From: an uncultured Chloroflexia bacterium
GTDB taxonomy: Bacteria; Chloroflexota; Limnocylindria; Limnocylindrales; CSP1-4
Reading direction: 5' to 3'
NCBI GenBank assembly: GCA_963752475.1
Contig: CAVVYR010000008.1
Span: forward strand, 574,110-638,109
Length of the DNA: 64,000 bases
The translations under genes and the position numbers were made by a program. How positions within the stretch are numbered: the first letter of the stretch is position 1; each line of letters starts with the position of its first letter. Positions 8,028-17,641 of this stretch are shown here, in pieces. The notes beneath the pieces were generated by a model. The model was not told where the DNA came from. It saw nothing but the letters and a program-made list of their open reading frames with translations, and made no database searches.

Positions 8028-8933
8028 CTACTGCTCCGGGTGAAGCTGGTAGTTGAGGAAGGCCTCGGTCAGCTCCCAGGTTGCCTGCTCCTGGAGGATC
8101 TGATCTTCGCCATGCCCGGTCGGCAACTCGGCGTAGACGTATTCGATGCCTGCGGCTCCGAGTGCATCAGCGAGGTTGCGAGATGCCTCGATGGACACCA
8201 CGCCGTCTAGGTTGCCATGGAGGACGAGCATGGGAACGGTGTCCTCATCGACGTGGAACATGGGCGAAGCCTCCTGAGCGATGGTCGGGTCGGCCTCGAT
8301 CTCAGCGACCGGGATCGCCTCGTGCCAGGCGTCCCGGAGCCACTCCGGCTCGGGGATGGTCAGGTCTACGTTGCCAGCAGTCGTGATGACGCACTGCACC
8401 CGGCTGGAGATGCCGGCCAGCTCTGGATCGGAGTCATCGACGGTGTCGAGGACGCCAAGCATGGCCGCGAGGTGTCCGCCGGATGAGTCGCCGACCGCGC
8501 AGACGCGGTCCGGGTCGACGTTGTACTCGTCCGCGTGGGCACGAACCCAGCGGACCACTCGTTGTGCGTCATGGAGCTGTGCCGGCCAGCGCACCTCGCC
8601 CGTGGCCTGGTCGAGCAGCCGATAGCCGGCGAGGAAGGTGACGTACGGCTCGCCGAACCCACTTCCAGCAGCCATGTCGCCGAACGGTGCCGCTCGTTCG
8701 GGCGTGATACCGACCTCGAGTGCGCCGCCGTGGAAGAAGATGAGCGCCGGGCGCGGCGCCTCGCGGGGTTCCGGCTGGTAGATGTGCGTGTACTGGCGCA
8801 GCGGATCCTCCCCGTACACGACGAACTCCTCGACCTTGGGCCAGGTGTCGTCCTGTGCGACGACAGCACCTCCCACGCCTGCGAGCAGCGCGAGGATTGC
8901 CGTCCCGACAAGACACAGCCTCAACGTACGCAT
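8028..8933 (-). CDS. Secreted alpha/beta hydrolase, HSL-family esterase (cassette 7)
   Basis: HGGA oxyanion motif, GDSSGGHLA nucleophile elbow, HGNLD, TGHG; signal peptide MRTLRLCLVG. Confidence 0.9.
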   Translation of the reverse strand: MRTLRLCLVGTAILALLAGVGGAVVAQDDTWPKVEEFVVYGEDPLRQYTHIYQPEPREAPRPALIFFHGGALEVGITPERAAPFGDMAAGSGFGEPYVTFLAGYRLLDQATGEVRWPAQLHDAQRVVRWVRAHADEYNVDPDRVCAVGDSSGGHLAAMLGVLDTVDDSDPELAGISSRVQCVITTAGNVDLTIPEPEWLRDAWHEAIPVAEIEADPTIAQEASPMFHVDEDTVPMLVLHGNLDGVVSIEASRNLADALGAAGIEYVYAELPTGHGEDQILQEQATWELTEAFLNYQLHPEQ

Positions 8934-8950
8934 GCCATCTCCCTTCGTCA

Positions 8951-9022
8951 GCGGGCCGGGTTCGCCAGTCGCTGGGCGTGGCCTTGCGACCAGTGCTGGG
9001 ACTGCGCGTCAGAGCCTCCCGC
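8951..9022 (-). ncRNA. c-di-GMP-II-like riboswitch variant (copy 5, diverged)
   Basis: Both ends conserved (GCGGGAGGC...ACTGGCGAACCCGGCCCGC); inner stem diverged. Confidence 0.55.
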
Positions 9023-9073
9023 TACGATCGGTTCTCGCGCGAGTGTCTATACGCTCCTCTGAGCGCTACCGGA

Positions 9074-9118
9074 ATCGCCATGTATAGCGGGTTTGGTCTG
9101 ATCGTCGCCGCCATGGCG
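9074..9118 (+). repeat. C site
   Basis: ATCGCCATGTATAGCGGGTTTGGTCTGATCGTCGCCGCCATGGCG. Confidence 0.9.
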
Positions 9119-9176
9119 CAGGCAGCCGAGGCGAGCCTTGACCGGCGGAGGACTATGGAGGCACGCAGTTCGGGGC

Positions 9177-10373
9177 ATGGCCATGGCGACGCTCGGCAGA
9201 CGGCTCGGAGTGACGACGCACGCAGTAGCCATGCCGATAGTCACAGTGGCGGTGAGCCTCGCGCTCGCACTCACCGTCGAAACGGGTCCGGCCGCGGGCG
9301 CCACAGGCAAGGCCTGCCGCAGGCGAAACACCGACTCGGGTCAGACCTACACGCGCCTCCAGGCCGCGGTCAACGTTGCGCAGCACGGCGACAAGCTCGC
9401 CGTTCGTGGCACCTGTGCCGGGCACACGGCCATCGGCAAGCGCTTGACCGTCGTCGGTGAGCGAACGAGGCGGTCCGGCGGGCCGCAGCTCAGCGGGCGC
9501 AACAAGGATCGGGTCTTGACCATCGCCAAGGGCGCGAGAGTGATGATTCGCGACTTGGTCGTCACTCAAGGTGACTCGAAGTGGGGCGGCGGCATCCAGA
9601 ACAACGGCGATCTCATCCTCACCAACGTCAAGGTCCGCGGGAACCGTTGCCAGCTCAAGGACGTGGCCCTCGGAAGGGCGGGTGGCATCCTCAACCGCGG
9701 CAGGCTCTGGCTCAACGGCGCGAGCCGGGTCCAGCGCAACTGGTGCGATGATGGAACTGCCGGCGTGTGGAACGCGAAGCCGGGCACCATCGTCCTCAAC
9801 GGCTCGAGCACGATCGCCTTCAACGGCGGCGTCTATGGCGGCGGTGTTGACAACGCCGGAACCATCATCATGAACGACAGGAGCGCCATCGCTCACAACA
9901 GCGCGGGTGAGAGCACCGGAGGGGTCGGGAACTCGGGCCGTTTCGTCATGCGTGACAGGAGCACCATCAAGGGCAATGGTTGCGGCGATCCCGACTACTG
10001 CGGCACAGGTGGGGTGTGGAACGGGCCGAAGGGCTCGTTCACGATGCTCGACCGCAGCTCGATCCGAGACAGCGAACCCGCTGGCGTGTACACCGCCGGC
10101 ACGTTCACGATGAAGGGCGCGAGCACGATATCCAACAACACGGGTTGGTACTGCGACCATGCGGGCGGCGTCCACGTCTCCGGCGGCCGCTTCTCCATGA
10201 CCGGCTCGAGTCGCATCACCGGCAACAAGCTCGATCCTGAGTACGCGCCCTGCGAGACTCGTGGAGCCGGCCTCTACCACAACGGCGGTACCATCCACGG
10301 CGTGCGCTGTGGCCCAGGGACGCCAGCCAACGTCTACGGCAACACACCCGACGACTGCTACTTCGCGGAGTAA
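9177..10373 (+). CDS. Secreted right-handed beta-helix repeat protein (cassette 8, inverted orientation)
   Basis: Repeated GGGIxN/GGVxN...I..N units; signal peptide; LQAAVN start motif; start codon uncertain. Confidence 0.8.
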   Translation: MAMATLGRRLGVTTHAVAMPIVTVAVSLALALTVETGPAAGATGKACRRRNTDSGQTYTRLQAAVNVAQHGDKLAVRGTCAGHTAIGKRLTVVGERTRRSGGPQLSGRNKDRVLTIAKGARVMIRDLVVTQGDSKWGGGIQNNGDLILTNVKVRGNRCQLKDVALGRAGGILNRGRLWLNGASRVQRNWCDDGTAGVWNAKPGTIVLNGSSTIAFNGGVYGGGVDNAGTIIMNDRSAIAHNSAGESTGGVGNSGRFVMRDRSTIKGNGCGDPDYCGTGGVWNGPKGSFTMLDRSSIRDSEPAGVYTAGTFTMKGASTISNNTGWYCDHAGGVHVSGGRFSMTGSSRITGNKLDPEYAPCETRGAGLYHNGGTIHGVRCGPGTPANVYGNTPDDCYFAE

Positions 10374-10401
10374 CGGGAGCCACGCAGCAGCCCCGCTCAG
10401 T

Positions 10402-10446
10402 ATCGCCATGAATAGCGGGTTTGGTCTGGTCGTCGCCGCCAGGGCG
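10402..10446 (+). repeat. C site (no leader, no D motif)
   Basis: ATCGCCATGAATAGCGGGTTTGGTCTGGTCGTCGCCGCCAGGGCG. Confidence 0.9.
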
Positions 10447-10585
10447 ACACGCTGTGGGCTAGCCCGTCCGCGCCTGGGTGACGCGGCTTCTTTCAGGCTT
10501 CGCGACTGGGCATGCACGCCAGTCGGATCCACACTGGGTGCGACTCGATCTCAGGTGTTCTAGGTGAGCGTCGACGCGAGCGCGC

Positions 10586-11413
10586 CTACGGTGGGGCGTT
10601 GCAGGGTGTGTCGCCAGCCAGGCGGCAGGGCATGAAGCTGAAGGGCCGCGTCTCCGAGACCGCAGTCCGTCGATGACCGTAGTGCGCGGTGACCCGCCAC
10701 CACCAGCCGGTGAGGTTGTGGTCAGCGATGAACGCGCGGCAGCCTCCGAAGCTGAACTCGGACCGAGTGAGTTCCGTGAACACAAGCGGCACGGAACCTT
10801 CGTGCCACACGCGAAGGTGGTAGGTGCCTCGGCCCTCGAGCTTCGGTCCACTCCAGTCGAAGTCAAGTTGGAACCCGTACCCCCGCGTCGGTTGTGCCGG
10901 GCACCCGATGGCCGGGTCGTTCTGGGCGATCTGCGCTCCCGGGGCAGGCGCGATGAGCTCGACGCGGGTGACCGGGATCTCGCAGCGCACCGACGAACCG
11001 ACACCCGGGCCCTGGCGGCACAAATCGACACCGACCCCACCGTCGAGCAGGTCGGTGAGGGCCCCGCCGAACAGGCGATCCGGCCCGACCCCACCGAACA
11101 GGCGGTCACGGCCGAGTCCGCCGTAGAGCCGGTCTCGACCACGGTTCCCGACGAGCCGGTCGAGACCCGGCCCACCGCAGATGATGTCGTTGCCACCGCG
11201 TCCAAGGACGATGTCGTCGCCACCGCGAGCGACGATGACGTCGGCCCGCTTCGTGCCCACGATGACGTCGGCCTTGTTGGTGCCCACGATCGTGGCTGGC
11301 TTGCCACCGCACTGGGGCTGGGCCTCGGCCGCATTCGTCACCAAAGCCACTGAGGCCAGCAGCCCCGCGGAAATGAGGAAGGCACCCGATCGGCGGAACG
11401 ATGCACCGGTCAT
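10586..11413 (-). CDS. Secreted protein with RTX/hemolysin-type Ca-binding repeats (cassette 9)
   Basis: C-x-G..ATIVGT start; multiple GGxGxDxL nonapeptides; C-terminal beta domain. Confidence 0.85.
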   Translation of the reverse strand: MTGASFRRSGAFLISAGLLASVALVTNAAEAQPQCGGKPATIVGTNKADVIVGTKRADVIVARGGDDIVLGRGGNDIICGGPGLDRLVGNRGRDRLYGGLGRDRLFGGVGPDRLFGGALTDLLDGGVGVDLCRQGPGVGSSVRCEIPVTRVELIAPAPGAQIAQNDPAIGCPAQPTRGYGFQLDFDWSGPKLEGRGTYHLRVWHEGSVPLVFTELTRSEFSFGGCRAFIADHNLTGWWWRVTAHYGHRRTAVSETRPFSFMPCRLAGDTPCNAPP

Positions 11414-11510
11414 CTCGCGATCCCCCTTCGTGCCGCGGGTCTGGCGTCATCGCCTCCCGCTACTGCTGATTCTCTCGCGGGCGTCCATCGTGTTCGAGCG
11501 CACTACCGGA

Positions 11511-11555
11511 ATCGCCATGTATAGAGGGTTTGGTCTGGTCGTCGCCGCCATGGCG
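11511..11555 (+). repeat. C site
   Basis: ATCGCCATGTATAGAGGGTTTGGTCTGGTCGTCGCCGCCATGGCG; the adjacent leader (11435-11460) is internally deleted. Confidence 0.9.
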
Positions 11556-11581
11556 CGGGCAGCCGAGGCGGCGCGATGGGG

Positions 11582-12133
11582 TTACTCGGCGGCGTCCGGC
11601 TCCGGGACCTCCGGCACCTCGCTCGGGAAGATGACGCCCTCGAGGCTCAAAGCGGAAGGTTGCAGCACATTGCCCGTTTCGAGGACAACCATCGCACTGA
11701 GTCCCTCATAGCCATCGCGGCCAGTGGGCGCCACCCATCGCACGGAACGTGGATCCCCGCGCAGATCGGTGAGGTAGCCATTGCCTTCACCCAGCCAACT
11801 GCCGCCGTCGTTGGTCAGCTCGTATGTGTGCGAGTCGATGGCGGTGTCGGAGCCGCCGTCCCAGTGCCAGGTGACGGTGCGCGTCACGGTGCCATTCAGA
11901 CGAGGGTCACTCGTGCTCCAGACGCCGGCGACCGCTCCGGTGTTGATCGCGCCTCCCATATCGAGGATGACGAAGTCCCCGCCTACCTCCCGGCGTTCCC
12001 CTCTCATCAAGGCGCTCCCGGTCACCTCAGCAGCCTCCATGTTCGGCTCGTCCTGTGCCGCGACTCCGACCACCGAGCCGGCGAACAGGCCGAGCGCGAG
12101 GATGGAGATGGTGGTGGTCCTGATCGCCCGCAT
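11582..12133 (-). CDS. Secreted WSDPRL family protein (cassette 10)
   Basis: MRAIRTTTISILAL...; WSTSDPRLNG, GRDGYEGLSA, LEGVIFP; ends DAAE*. Confidence 0.85.
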   Translation of the reverse strand: MRAIRTTTISILALGLFAGSVVGVAAQDEPNMEAAEVTGSALMRGERREVGGDFVILDMGGAINTGAVAGVWSTSDPRLNGTVTRTVTWHWDGGSDTAIDSHTYELTNDGGSWLGEGNGYLTDLRGDPRSVRWVAPTGRDGYEGLSAMVVLETGNVLQPSALSLEGVIFPSEVPEVPEPDAAE

Positions 12134-12265
12134 GGGCAGTCTCCCTGCCCCCCGTGGTGGACGCGTCAAACCAAGCCCCCTCGCGTCCTCACCACATAGA
12201 GGTCGCCAGACCCTCCAAGCGTTCCATCTTCTTGCGCCGCGGGCAGCCGAGGCGGCGCGATGGGG

Positions 12266-12799
12266 TTACTCGGCGAGCGGCACGGGCACTTCGGGCGCCG
12301 GTGGCGGTTCACCCTCGAAGATGACACCGTCGAACACGGTCTGGCCCTCCTCGACGACATGGGCCACGACACTCCAGCCGTCGTACGCACCCTCGCCTCG
12401 GAGCACACTGGTCACCGGCCAGGGGCGCTGGCGCCCGCTCGCGCGATACCAGGTGTTCGGCTCTTCCTGCCACGCTCCCTCGTCGTTCTCGACCCGCATC
12501 GTCCCGTTCCAGAGGTTGAACCCCCCGGGGTCCGAGTGCTGGTCCCGGTTCGCGGCCCACGTGTACGTGCCCGAGAAGCGCGGGTCGCTGGACTCGATGA
12601 CGACGCCCGTCTCGATGACACCTCGGTACTCGACCAAGTCGTCGCCGAAGACGAACGTTCCCGGCTCGACGACCGTGTCGACGGTGGCCCTGGCCTGGAA
12701 CTCGGTGACTGTCGGCTCCTCGGCTGTGGTCACTCCCGTTCCGACGACCGCCAGCATGAGCACAGACACCGCAGCCGCGAACGGCCTGATGGCGCGCAT
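12266..12799 (-). CDS. Secreted WSDPRL family protein (cassette 11)
   Basis: MRAIRPFAAAV...; ESSDPRFSG, GEGAYDGW, FDGVIFEG; ends PLAE*. Confidence 0.85.
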   Translation of the reverse strand: MRAIRPFAAAVSVLMLAVVGTGVTTAEEPTVTEFQARATVDTVVEPGTFVFGDDLVEYRGVIETGVVIESSDPRFSGTYTWAANRDQHSDPGGFNLWNGTMRVENDEGAWQEEPNTWYRASGRQRPWPVTSVLRGEGAYDGWSVVAHVVEEGQTVFDGVIFEGEPPPAPEVPVPLAE

Positions 12800-12815
12800 G
12801 ACATCCTCCTCATCC

Positions 12816-12889
12816 GCGGGCCGGGTTCGCCAGTGGCTCGGCGCGGTCCAGGCGGCCCTGGTGGTAGGCCGTGCGTCGCAGCCTCCCGC
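12816..12889 (-). ncRNA. c-di-GMP-II-like riboswitch variant (copy 6)
   Basis: Full leader copy upstream of SD GAGGAGG. Confidence 0.7.
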
Positions 12890-12945
12890 TAGGTCCATTG
12901 TCTCGCGGGTGTCCATGGGCAGGCAGCCGAGGCGGCGCGATGGGC

Positions 12946-13851
12946 TTACTGGAGGAGCTCCATCACGGTCTCGATCGTGAGGTCGCCCGGCGTGATGTGG
13001 CCACCGGCGAACTCCACCAGCTCGACGTCGTACCCGGCTTCGGCGAGCACGGCCTCGAACGCGGCTGAGTTCTCCGGCGATACTGTCGAGTCATCCTCCC
13101 CGTGGACCAGCCGTACCCGCAGCTCAGGATGCACCCCGACCGCGCCGTAGAGCATCTCCCACAGCTCGGGTTCATGCTCCATCAGGAGGTCGCGGCCGTA
13201 CCTGCCCTCGTAGCCCACGAAGGCGTCGTAGGCGCCCGCGACGCCCATGAAGCCATCGACACGGGTCGAGGCGTCGCTGGCCGTGCACTCGAACTGGGAT
13301 GGCGGACCACCTGCGGACTCGGCGTACTCGTCCCACACGCGGTCGAAGTCCTCTCCGACGAGCGCGACATGTGCCGGCGGTCCGCCATCCAGCGACCACC
13401 CGGTCAACACCAGCGGCGCCGTCTCGCTGCCGTACTCCGAGCCACGGGCGAAGCGCACGGCGCAGGCCACGGCCTCCACGGCCGCGCGGACGACCGTCGG
13501 GTCCGCATGGAGCACGACCTCCGACCACTGGAGCGGGGGCGAGCCGGTCACGAAGACGGACACACCCTGCTCGGCCAGTGCCTTCGAATTCACCGCCGAC
13601 CCGCCTACGCTGACGACCATGGGTGCATCCTCGCTCTCGGCAGTGACGTGGACACGGAGCTTCAGCTCGGTCCCCTCACCATCCGGTGAACTTCCCGTGG
13701 CGTAGACGAGGTCCTTGATGACCGAGACCTCGGCCGGAGAGTCCGATGTCGCACCAGCTGACTCGTCGCCGTCGGTCTGGGCAGCCACGCCGAGCGGCAG
13801 CATGGCCACCGCCACGGCCACCCCCGCCAACACTGCTCGCGGCGTTCGCAT
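12946..13851 (-). CDS. Secreted alpha/beta hydrolase (cassette 12)
   Basis: GWSLDG elbow, HGEDD, GGH; signal peptide MRTPRAVLAG. Confidence 0.85.
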   Translation of the reverse strand: MRTPRAVLAGVAVAVAMLPLGVAAQTDGDESAGATSDSPAEVSVIKDLVYATGSSPDGEGTELKLRVHVTAESEDAPMVVSVGGSAVNSKALAEQGVSVFVTGSPPLQWSEVVLHADPTVVRAAVEAVACAVRFARGSEYGSETAPLVLTGWSLDGGPPAHVALVGEDFDRVWDEYAESAGGPPSQFECTASDASTRVDGFMGVAGAYDAFVGYEGRYGRDLLMEHEPELWEMLYGAVGVHPELRVRLVHGEDDSTVSPENSAAFEAVLAEAGYDVELVEFAGGHITPGDLTIETVMELLQ

Positions 13852-13869
13852 GACACTCCCCCTTCATGT

Positions 13870-13944
13870 GCGGGCCGGGTTCGCCAGTGGCTCAGCGTGG
13901 TCCAGGCGGCCAACGTCGAGGAGCCGCGCGTCAGCGCCTCCCGC
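13870..13944 (-). ncRNA. c-di-GMP-II-like riboswitch variant (copy 7)
   Basis: Full leader copy. Confidence 0.7.
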
Positions 13945-13996
13945 TACTGATGATTCTCTCGCGTGCGTCCACCGGCTCGATGGGCACTCGTCCAGA

Positions 13997-14041
13997 ATCG
14001 CCATGAATAGCGGGTTATGTCTGGTGGTCGTCACCATGGCC
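13997..14041 (+). repeat. C site
   Basis: ATCGCCATGAATAGCGGGTTATGTCTGGTGGTCGTCACCATGGCC. Confidence 0.85.
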
Positions 14042-14123
14042 AATCACGCCGCCGGGCCGTCCGGCCCTTGACCCGCTGAGCGGGGCGCGGAGGATAGGGT
14101 CGCGAGCCAGGAGGGGGAACGTG

Positions 14124-15383
14124 ATGTCCAAGCGAGGCGGGGCCTTGGCGCCGACGCTGCCGCGGATTCTGCTGGCGCTCCTGGCCATGCCCCTGGCGCT
14201 CGCGGCGAGCGCGGGCGCGCCCCACGCCGCCGCTGAGCCCGTGGATGCGATGCCTACGATCACGCTTGTCGAGCAGCGTGTAATCAGAATCGCGGACAGT
14301 CAGTTGCTCTCGCTGTCGCCTGACGGTGGCTCGATCGTCGTCACCCGACCAGCTGGGCCGATGCCAACCGAGCTCTGTATCCACGAGGTGGCGACGCTCG
14401 CCGTGCGCATCTGCGCGGACGTCAGTGACCTCGATGCGGGCCTCTGGCCCGACAGCGTGGTCTGGTCACCCGACAGTGCGTGGCTGGCCTTCGCCGAGCT
14501 GTGGCCCATGTTCTTGGTCGATGGCGACCTGTGGCTCATGGACGCCTCCACTGGTGCGCTCGGCAACTTGCTCGACGATGGCTTCAGCGGCGCCCTGGGG
14601 GAAGCGGCTGCAGGCGAACTCACCTGGAAGGGCGTCATCACGCTGCCGATGTACCCGACGTTCACGCCTGACAGCGCCGCGGTGACGTTCTCGCGGACCA
14701 CGGTCCAGGCCGGCGAGTTCAGCGGTGTTGGGGACATCGCAACGCTCCCCATCACCGGTGGCGATGCGGTCACGCTGGGCGGTTCCGAACGCGAGGAGTT
14801 GGTCGGCGAGTATCGCACCATGCAGTGGGCAGCAGACGGATCCGCCCTCTATGTCTCCCTCGTCGACCAGCAGGCTTCAAGGCTCGGACCTGACAGCGGG
14901 ATCTGGGTGTTCGAGGCTGATGGAAGGCACGCCCGCCAACTCCTGAGCATCACTGGCCGCGACGACTGGCCGACGCGCATCTTGGCGGTGTCCCCGCGTG
15001 GGGAGCGCCTCCTCGTATCGGACCCGAGGGCGGCCGCGGGCGGCGCCCCGCTATGTGCTTGCTCGGTGGTCGATGGCTCGACCGGAGCCGCGGAGCCCAT
15101 CGAGCCGCTGGGATCGGAAGCCCGCCAGTCCACGCCCATCACCGGGGCGATGCTCTCGCCGGATGGGTCGCTGGTGATCACGGTCTCAGGCCATCTCGAG
15201 AAGCAGGTGGCCGTCCGGGAGGTGGCAACGTCGAACGAGACGGTCCTGCTACGGGAGCCGTCTGGGACCGCCCCATCGGACCTCGCGGGCGAGGTCCTGA
15301 CCTGGGCCCAGGACGACACGGTGCTGGTCGATGGAGCCAGACGCGGCCGCGGTACGCTGATCGTCCTCGACCGGGGAAGCTAG
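14124..15383 (+). CDS. Secreted TolB/WD40-like beta-propeller protein (cassette 13, inverted orientation)
   Basis: Repeated SPDG/WSPDS/FTPDS/WAADG blades; signal peptide; SD AGGAGGGGG. Confidence 0.85.
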   Translation: MSKRGGALAPTLPRILLALLAMPLALAASAGAPHAAAEPVDAMPTITLVEQRVIRIADSQLLSLSPDGGSIVVTRPAGPMPTELCIHEVATLAVRICADVSDLDAGLWPDSVVWSPDSAWLAFAELWPMFLVDGDLWLMDASTGALGNLLDDGFSGALGEAAAGELTWKGVITLPMYPTFTPDSAAVTFSRTTVQAGEFSGVGDIATLPITGGDAVTLGGSEREELVGEYRTMQWAADGSALYVSLVDQQASRLGPDSGIWVFEADGRHARQLLSITGRDDWPTRILAVSPRGERLLVSDPRAAAGGAPLCACSVVDGSTGAAEPIEPLGSEARQSTPITGAMLSPDGSLVITVSGHLEKQVAVREVATSNETVLLREPSGTAPSDLAGEVLTWAQDDTVLVDGARRGRGTLIVLDRGS

Positions 15384-15477
15384 GGCAGAGCCTGGCAGCG
15401 ACGTCGTCGGGGCCAAGCCTGCGACAAGCCGTGCGGCTGCCAAGAGGCGTCAAGCTCCGCCTAGACGGTCGTGTGGG

Positions 15478-15522
15478 ATCGCCATGAATAGCGGGTTTGG
15501 TTTGGTCGTCGCCGCCATGGCG
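15478..15522 (+). repeat. C site
   Basis: ATCGCCATGAATAGCGGGTTTGGTTTGGTCGTCGCCGCCATGGCG. Confidence 0.9.
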
Positions 15523-15551
15523 CAGGCCGCCGAGGCGAAGCGATGGGGCTG

Positions 15552-16751
15552 CTACTCGATGGCCGATGCAGCGTCCGGGGTGATCACGTAGGTCTCGATG
15601 CTGTCCCGGGCCAGGCCGAGCGTCTGGAGCTCGGTCCCATCTTCAAGGGTCACGACGTCCCCATCGGATGTGGATGCGGCCCTGACCCACACGTTGCCAT
15701 CAACGTCGATATCGATCTCCTGGACGCACCGGTCCGTCAGGAAGCGACGCCAGGTCGTGCCATCGAAGCGGCCGAGACCGTCGCAGGAGACCAGGTGCGA
15801 GCACATGACCCCGCAGGGCTGCTCGGTCTTGAAGGACGCCCACAGACTGCCATCCGGCCCCAGCACGCCAGGGTTCCACCACGCGGACGTCGTGCCACCG
15901 ACGGGTAGGGGCACCTCGAGTCGCTGCTTGTCGCCGTTCTCTTTCAAGGAGCGGATGACGATGCTCTCGCCGCCGAGCGCCAGGGTCCGGACTGCACCGT
16001 CGCTTCCGATGACGAAACCGTATCCTGGCAACCCTGCCACGGGCATCCAGCCATCGTCGGTGAGGCGGCTCACGGCCGTCTTCCGGCGCAGCCACAGCGC
16101 ACCGTCCGGGGCCACGTCCCACGACCTGATGTTGTTGGCCTTCGGCTTGTCCGCCGGGTGCTTGGGCAGGCGGGTCCAGGAGTCGCCTTCGAGACGCAGG
16201 AATCGACCGCCGCCCGGGCGATCGGTCTCCCTCAAGGCCCACACGGTGCCATCGGGTTGGAGGCGGAAGTCGAGACCCTCGTACACGTTGCCCGTGCGCT
16301 TGAGCCGCGGCCGCCAAGCGGTACCGTCATGCGAGTAGAGGGTCCAGCGGACGGGCCGGCCTTCCACGGTCCCGTCATGGGCGACGATCCACGGCGTGCC
16401 ATCCGATCCGACCTGGACCGGCCACGGGACGTTCTCCCGCGTCCGCCCGTCCGGGTAGGGAAGCTCCTGCTCTGCACCCAACTCGAGGAGATCCCGGTCC
16501 CCCATGAGCCACACGCTGCCATCAAGGCCGATGGCCAACTCATCGTTCAGGCCGCTCCTCCCGATCGATCCCGCAAGCTCTCGAACACCGCCCCCAAGGA
16601 CCCGTAGGACACCCGGTTCGACCTCCTCGGTCACCAGGCCCGCGAGCAGCCCGCCGGTACCGCTCTGGCCGCTGGCCTCTTGCCCCGCTGCGGCAGTGCT
16701 CGAGGTCAGGACCAAGGCAAGCGTCAACGCCGTCGCGATACGTGCACGCAT
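15552..16751 (-). CDS. Secreted beta-propeller repeat protein (cassette 14)
   Basis: MRARIATALTLAL signal; repeated xxDGxxW blades (GLDGSVW, APDGALW, GPDGSLW, FDGTTW). Confidence 0.85.
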   Translation of the reverse strand: MRARIATALTLALVLTSSTAAAGQEASGQSGTGGLLAGLVTEEVEPGVLRVLGGGVRELAGSIGRSGLNDELAIGLDGSVWLMGDRDLLELGAEQELPYPDGRTRENVPWPVQVGSDGTPWIVAHDGTVEGRPVRWTLYSHDGTAWRPRLKRTGNVYEGLDFRLQPDGTVWALRETDRPGGGRFLRLEGDSWTRLPKHPADKPKANNIRSWDVAPDGALWLRRKTAVSRLTDDGWMPVAGLPGYGFVIGSDGAVRTLALGGESIVIRSLKENGDKQRLEVPLPVGGTTSAWWNPGVLGPDGSLWASFKTEQPCGVMCSHLVSCDGLGRFDGTTWRRFLTDRCVQEIDIDVDGNVWVRAASTSDGDVVTLEDGTELQTLGLARDSIETYVITPDAASAIE

Positions 16752-16768
16752 GACGTCCCCTCTTGCAT

Positions 16769-16844
16769 GCGGGCCGGGTTCGCCAGTGGCTCGGCGCGGT
16801 CCAAGGCGGCCAACGTACACAGGCCGCGTCTCGTAGCCTCCCGC
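16769..16844 (-). ncRNA. c-di-GMP-II-like riboswitch variant (copy 8)
   Basis: Full leader copy. Confidence 0.65.
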
Positions 16845-16884
16845 TACCTACGATTCTCTCGTGGGCGTCGACCGCGATCACAGA

Positions 16885-16929
16885 TCCGCCATGAATGGCG
16901 GGTTTGGTCTGGTCGTCGCCGCCATGGCG
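16885..16929 (+). repeat. C site
   Basis: TCCGCCATGAATGGCGGGTTTGGTCTGGTCGTCGCCGCCATGGCG. Confidence 0.9.
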
Positions 16930-17053
16930 CCGGCAGGCGAAGCGGCGCATGGGAACCCCGCCCCCGGTCCTCCACGCCGGGGGCGGGGCCTACAGGGGGG
17001 TGCCTGGTTGACAAGTCCTGAGCGCCGCAGGCAGCCGAATCGGCGCGATGGGG

Positions 17054-17623
17054 TCACTCGGCAGGCGGTCCTGGCAGCGGTGGCAGTCCGCTCTCGATGA
17101 TCCAGCCTTCATACTGCTCGTCCCACGGTCCGTCGGGGTCGTGGTCGGGCGCACCTCGCAGCAGGGCGTGCATGTCCTCGTAGGCCCCGTCACCCTCCAG
17201 AACGTAGTAGCTGTAGTGCCGCTCCGGGTCGGGACCGTAGCCCTGCTTGATGGCCCGCCCGGTGCCATGCCAGCGGCCCTCAGAGCCGTCCAGCAGGACG
17301 TTCATCTCGGTGACCATCACGAAGTAGTCCTCGATGGCCTCCACGTCGACCTCCTCGCCCTCGAGTTCGGGCGGCACGTCACCATAGAGGTACCAGGCAC
17401 CCTCGACCTCGAGCGTCGGCGGCAGGCGCGGGTCGCTCCACTCCACGGTCTGCTCCCACGTGGCGCGGCCCTCGTCCTCGGTCGCGGAGTCATTGGTGTC
17501 ACCGACCGCCGTGCCGGTGACGAAGACGGCGCGGACCGCCTCCTTGTTCATCTGCGCGGCGACCGCGACCGTGGAACCGAAGACCAGCGCCACGGCGACG
17601 GCGACCACCCATGGCGTACGCAT
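17054..17623 (-). CDS. Secreted WSDPRL family protein (cassette 15)
   Basis: MRTPWVVAVA...; VEWSDPRLP, GDGAYEDM, YEGWII; ends PPAE*. Confidence 0.85.
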   Translation of the reverse strand: MRTPWVVAVAVALVFGSTVAVAAQMNKEAVRAVFVTGTAVGDTNDSATEDEGRATWEQTVEWSDPRLPPTLEVEGAWYLYGDVPPELEGEEVDVEAIEDYFVMVTEMNVLLDGSEGRWHGTGRAIKQGYGPDPERHYSYYVLEGDGAYEDMHALLRGAPDHDPDGPWDEQYEGWIIESGLPPLPGPPAE

Positions 17624-17641
17624 GACATCCCCCTTCCTTCT

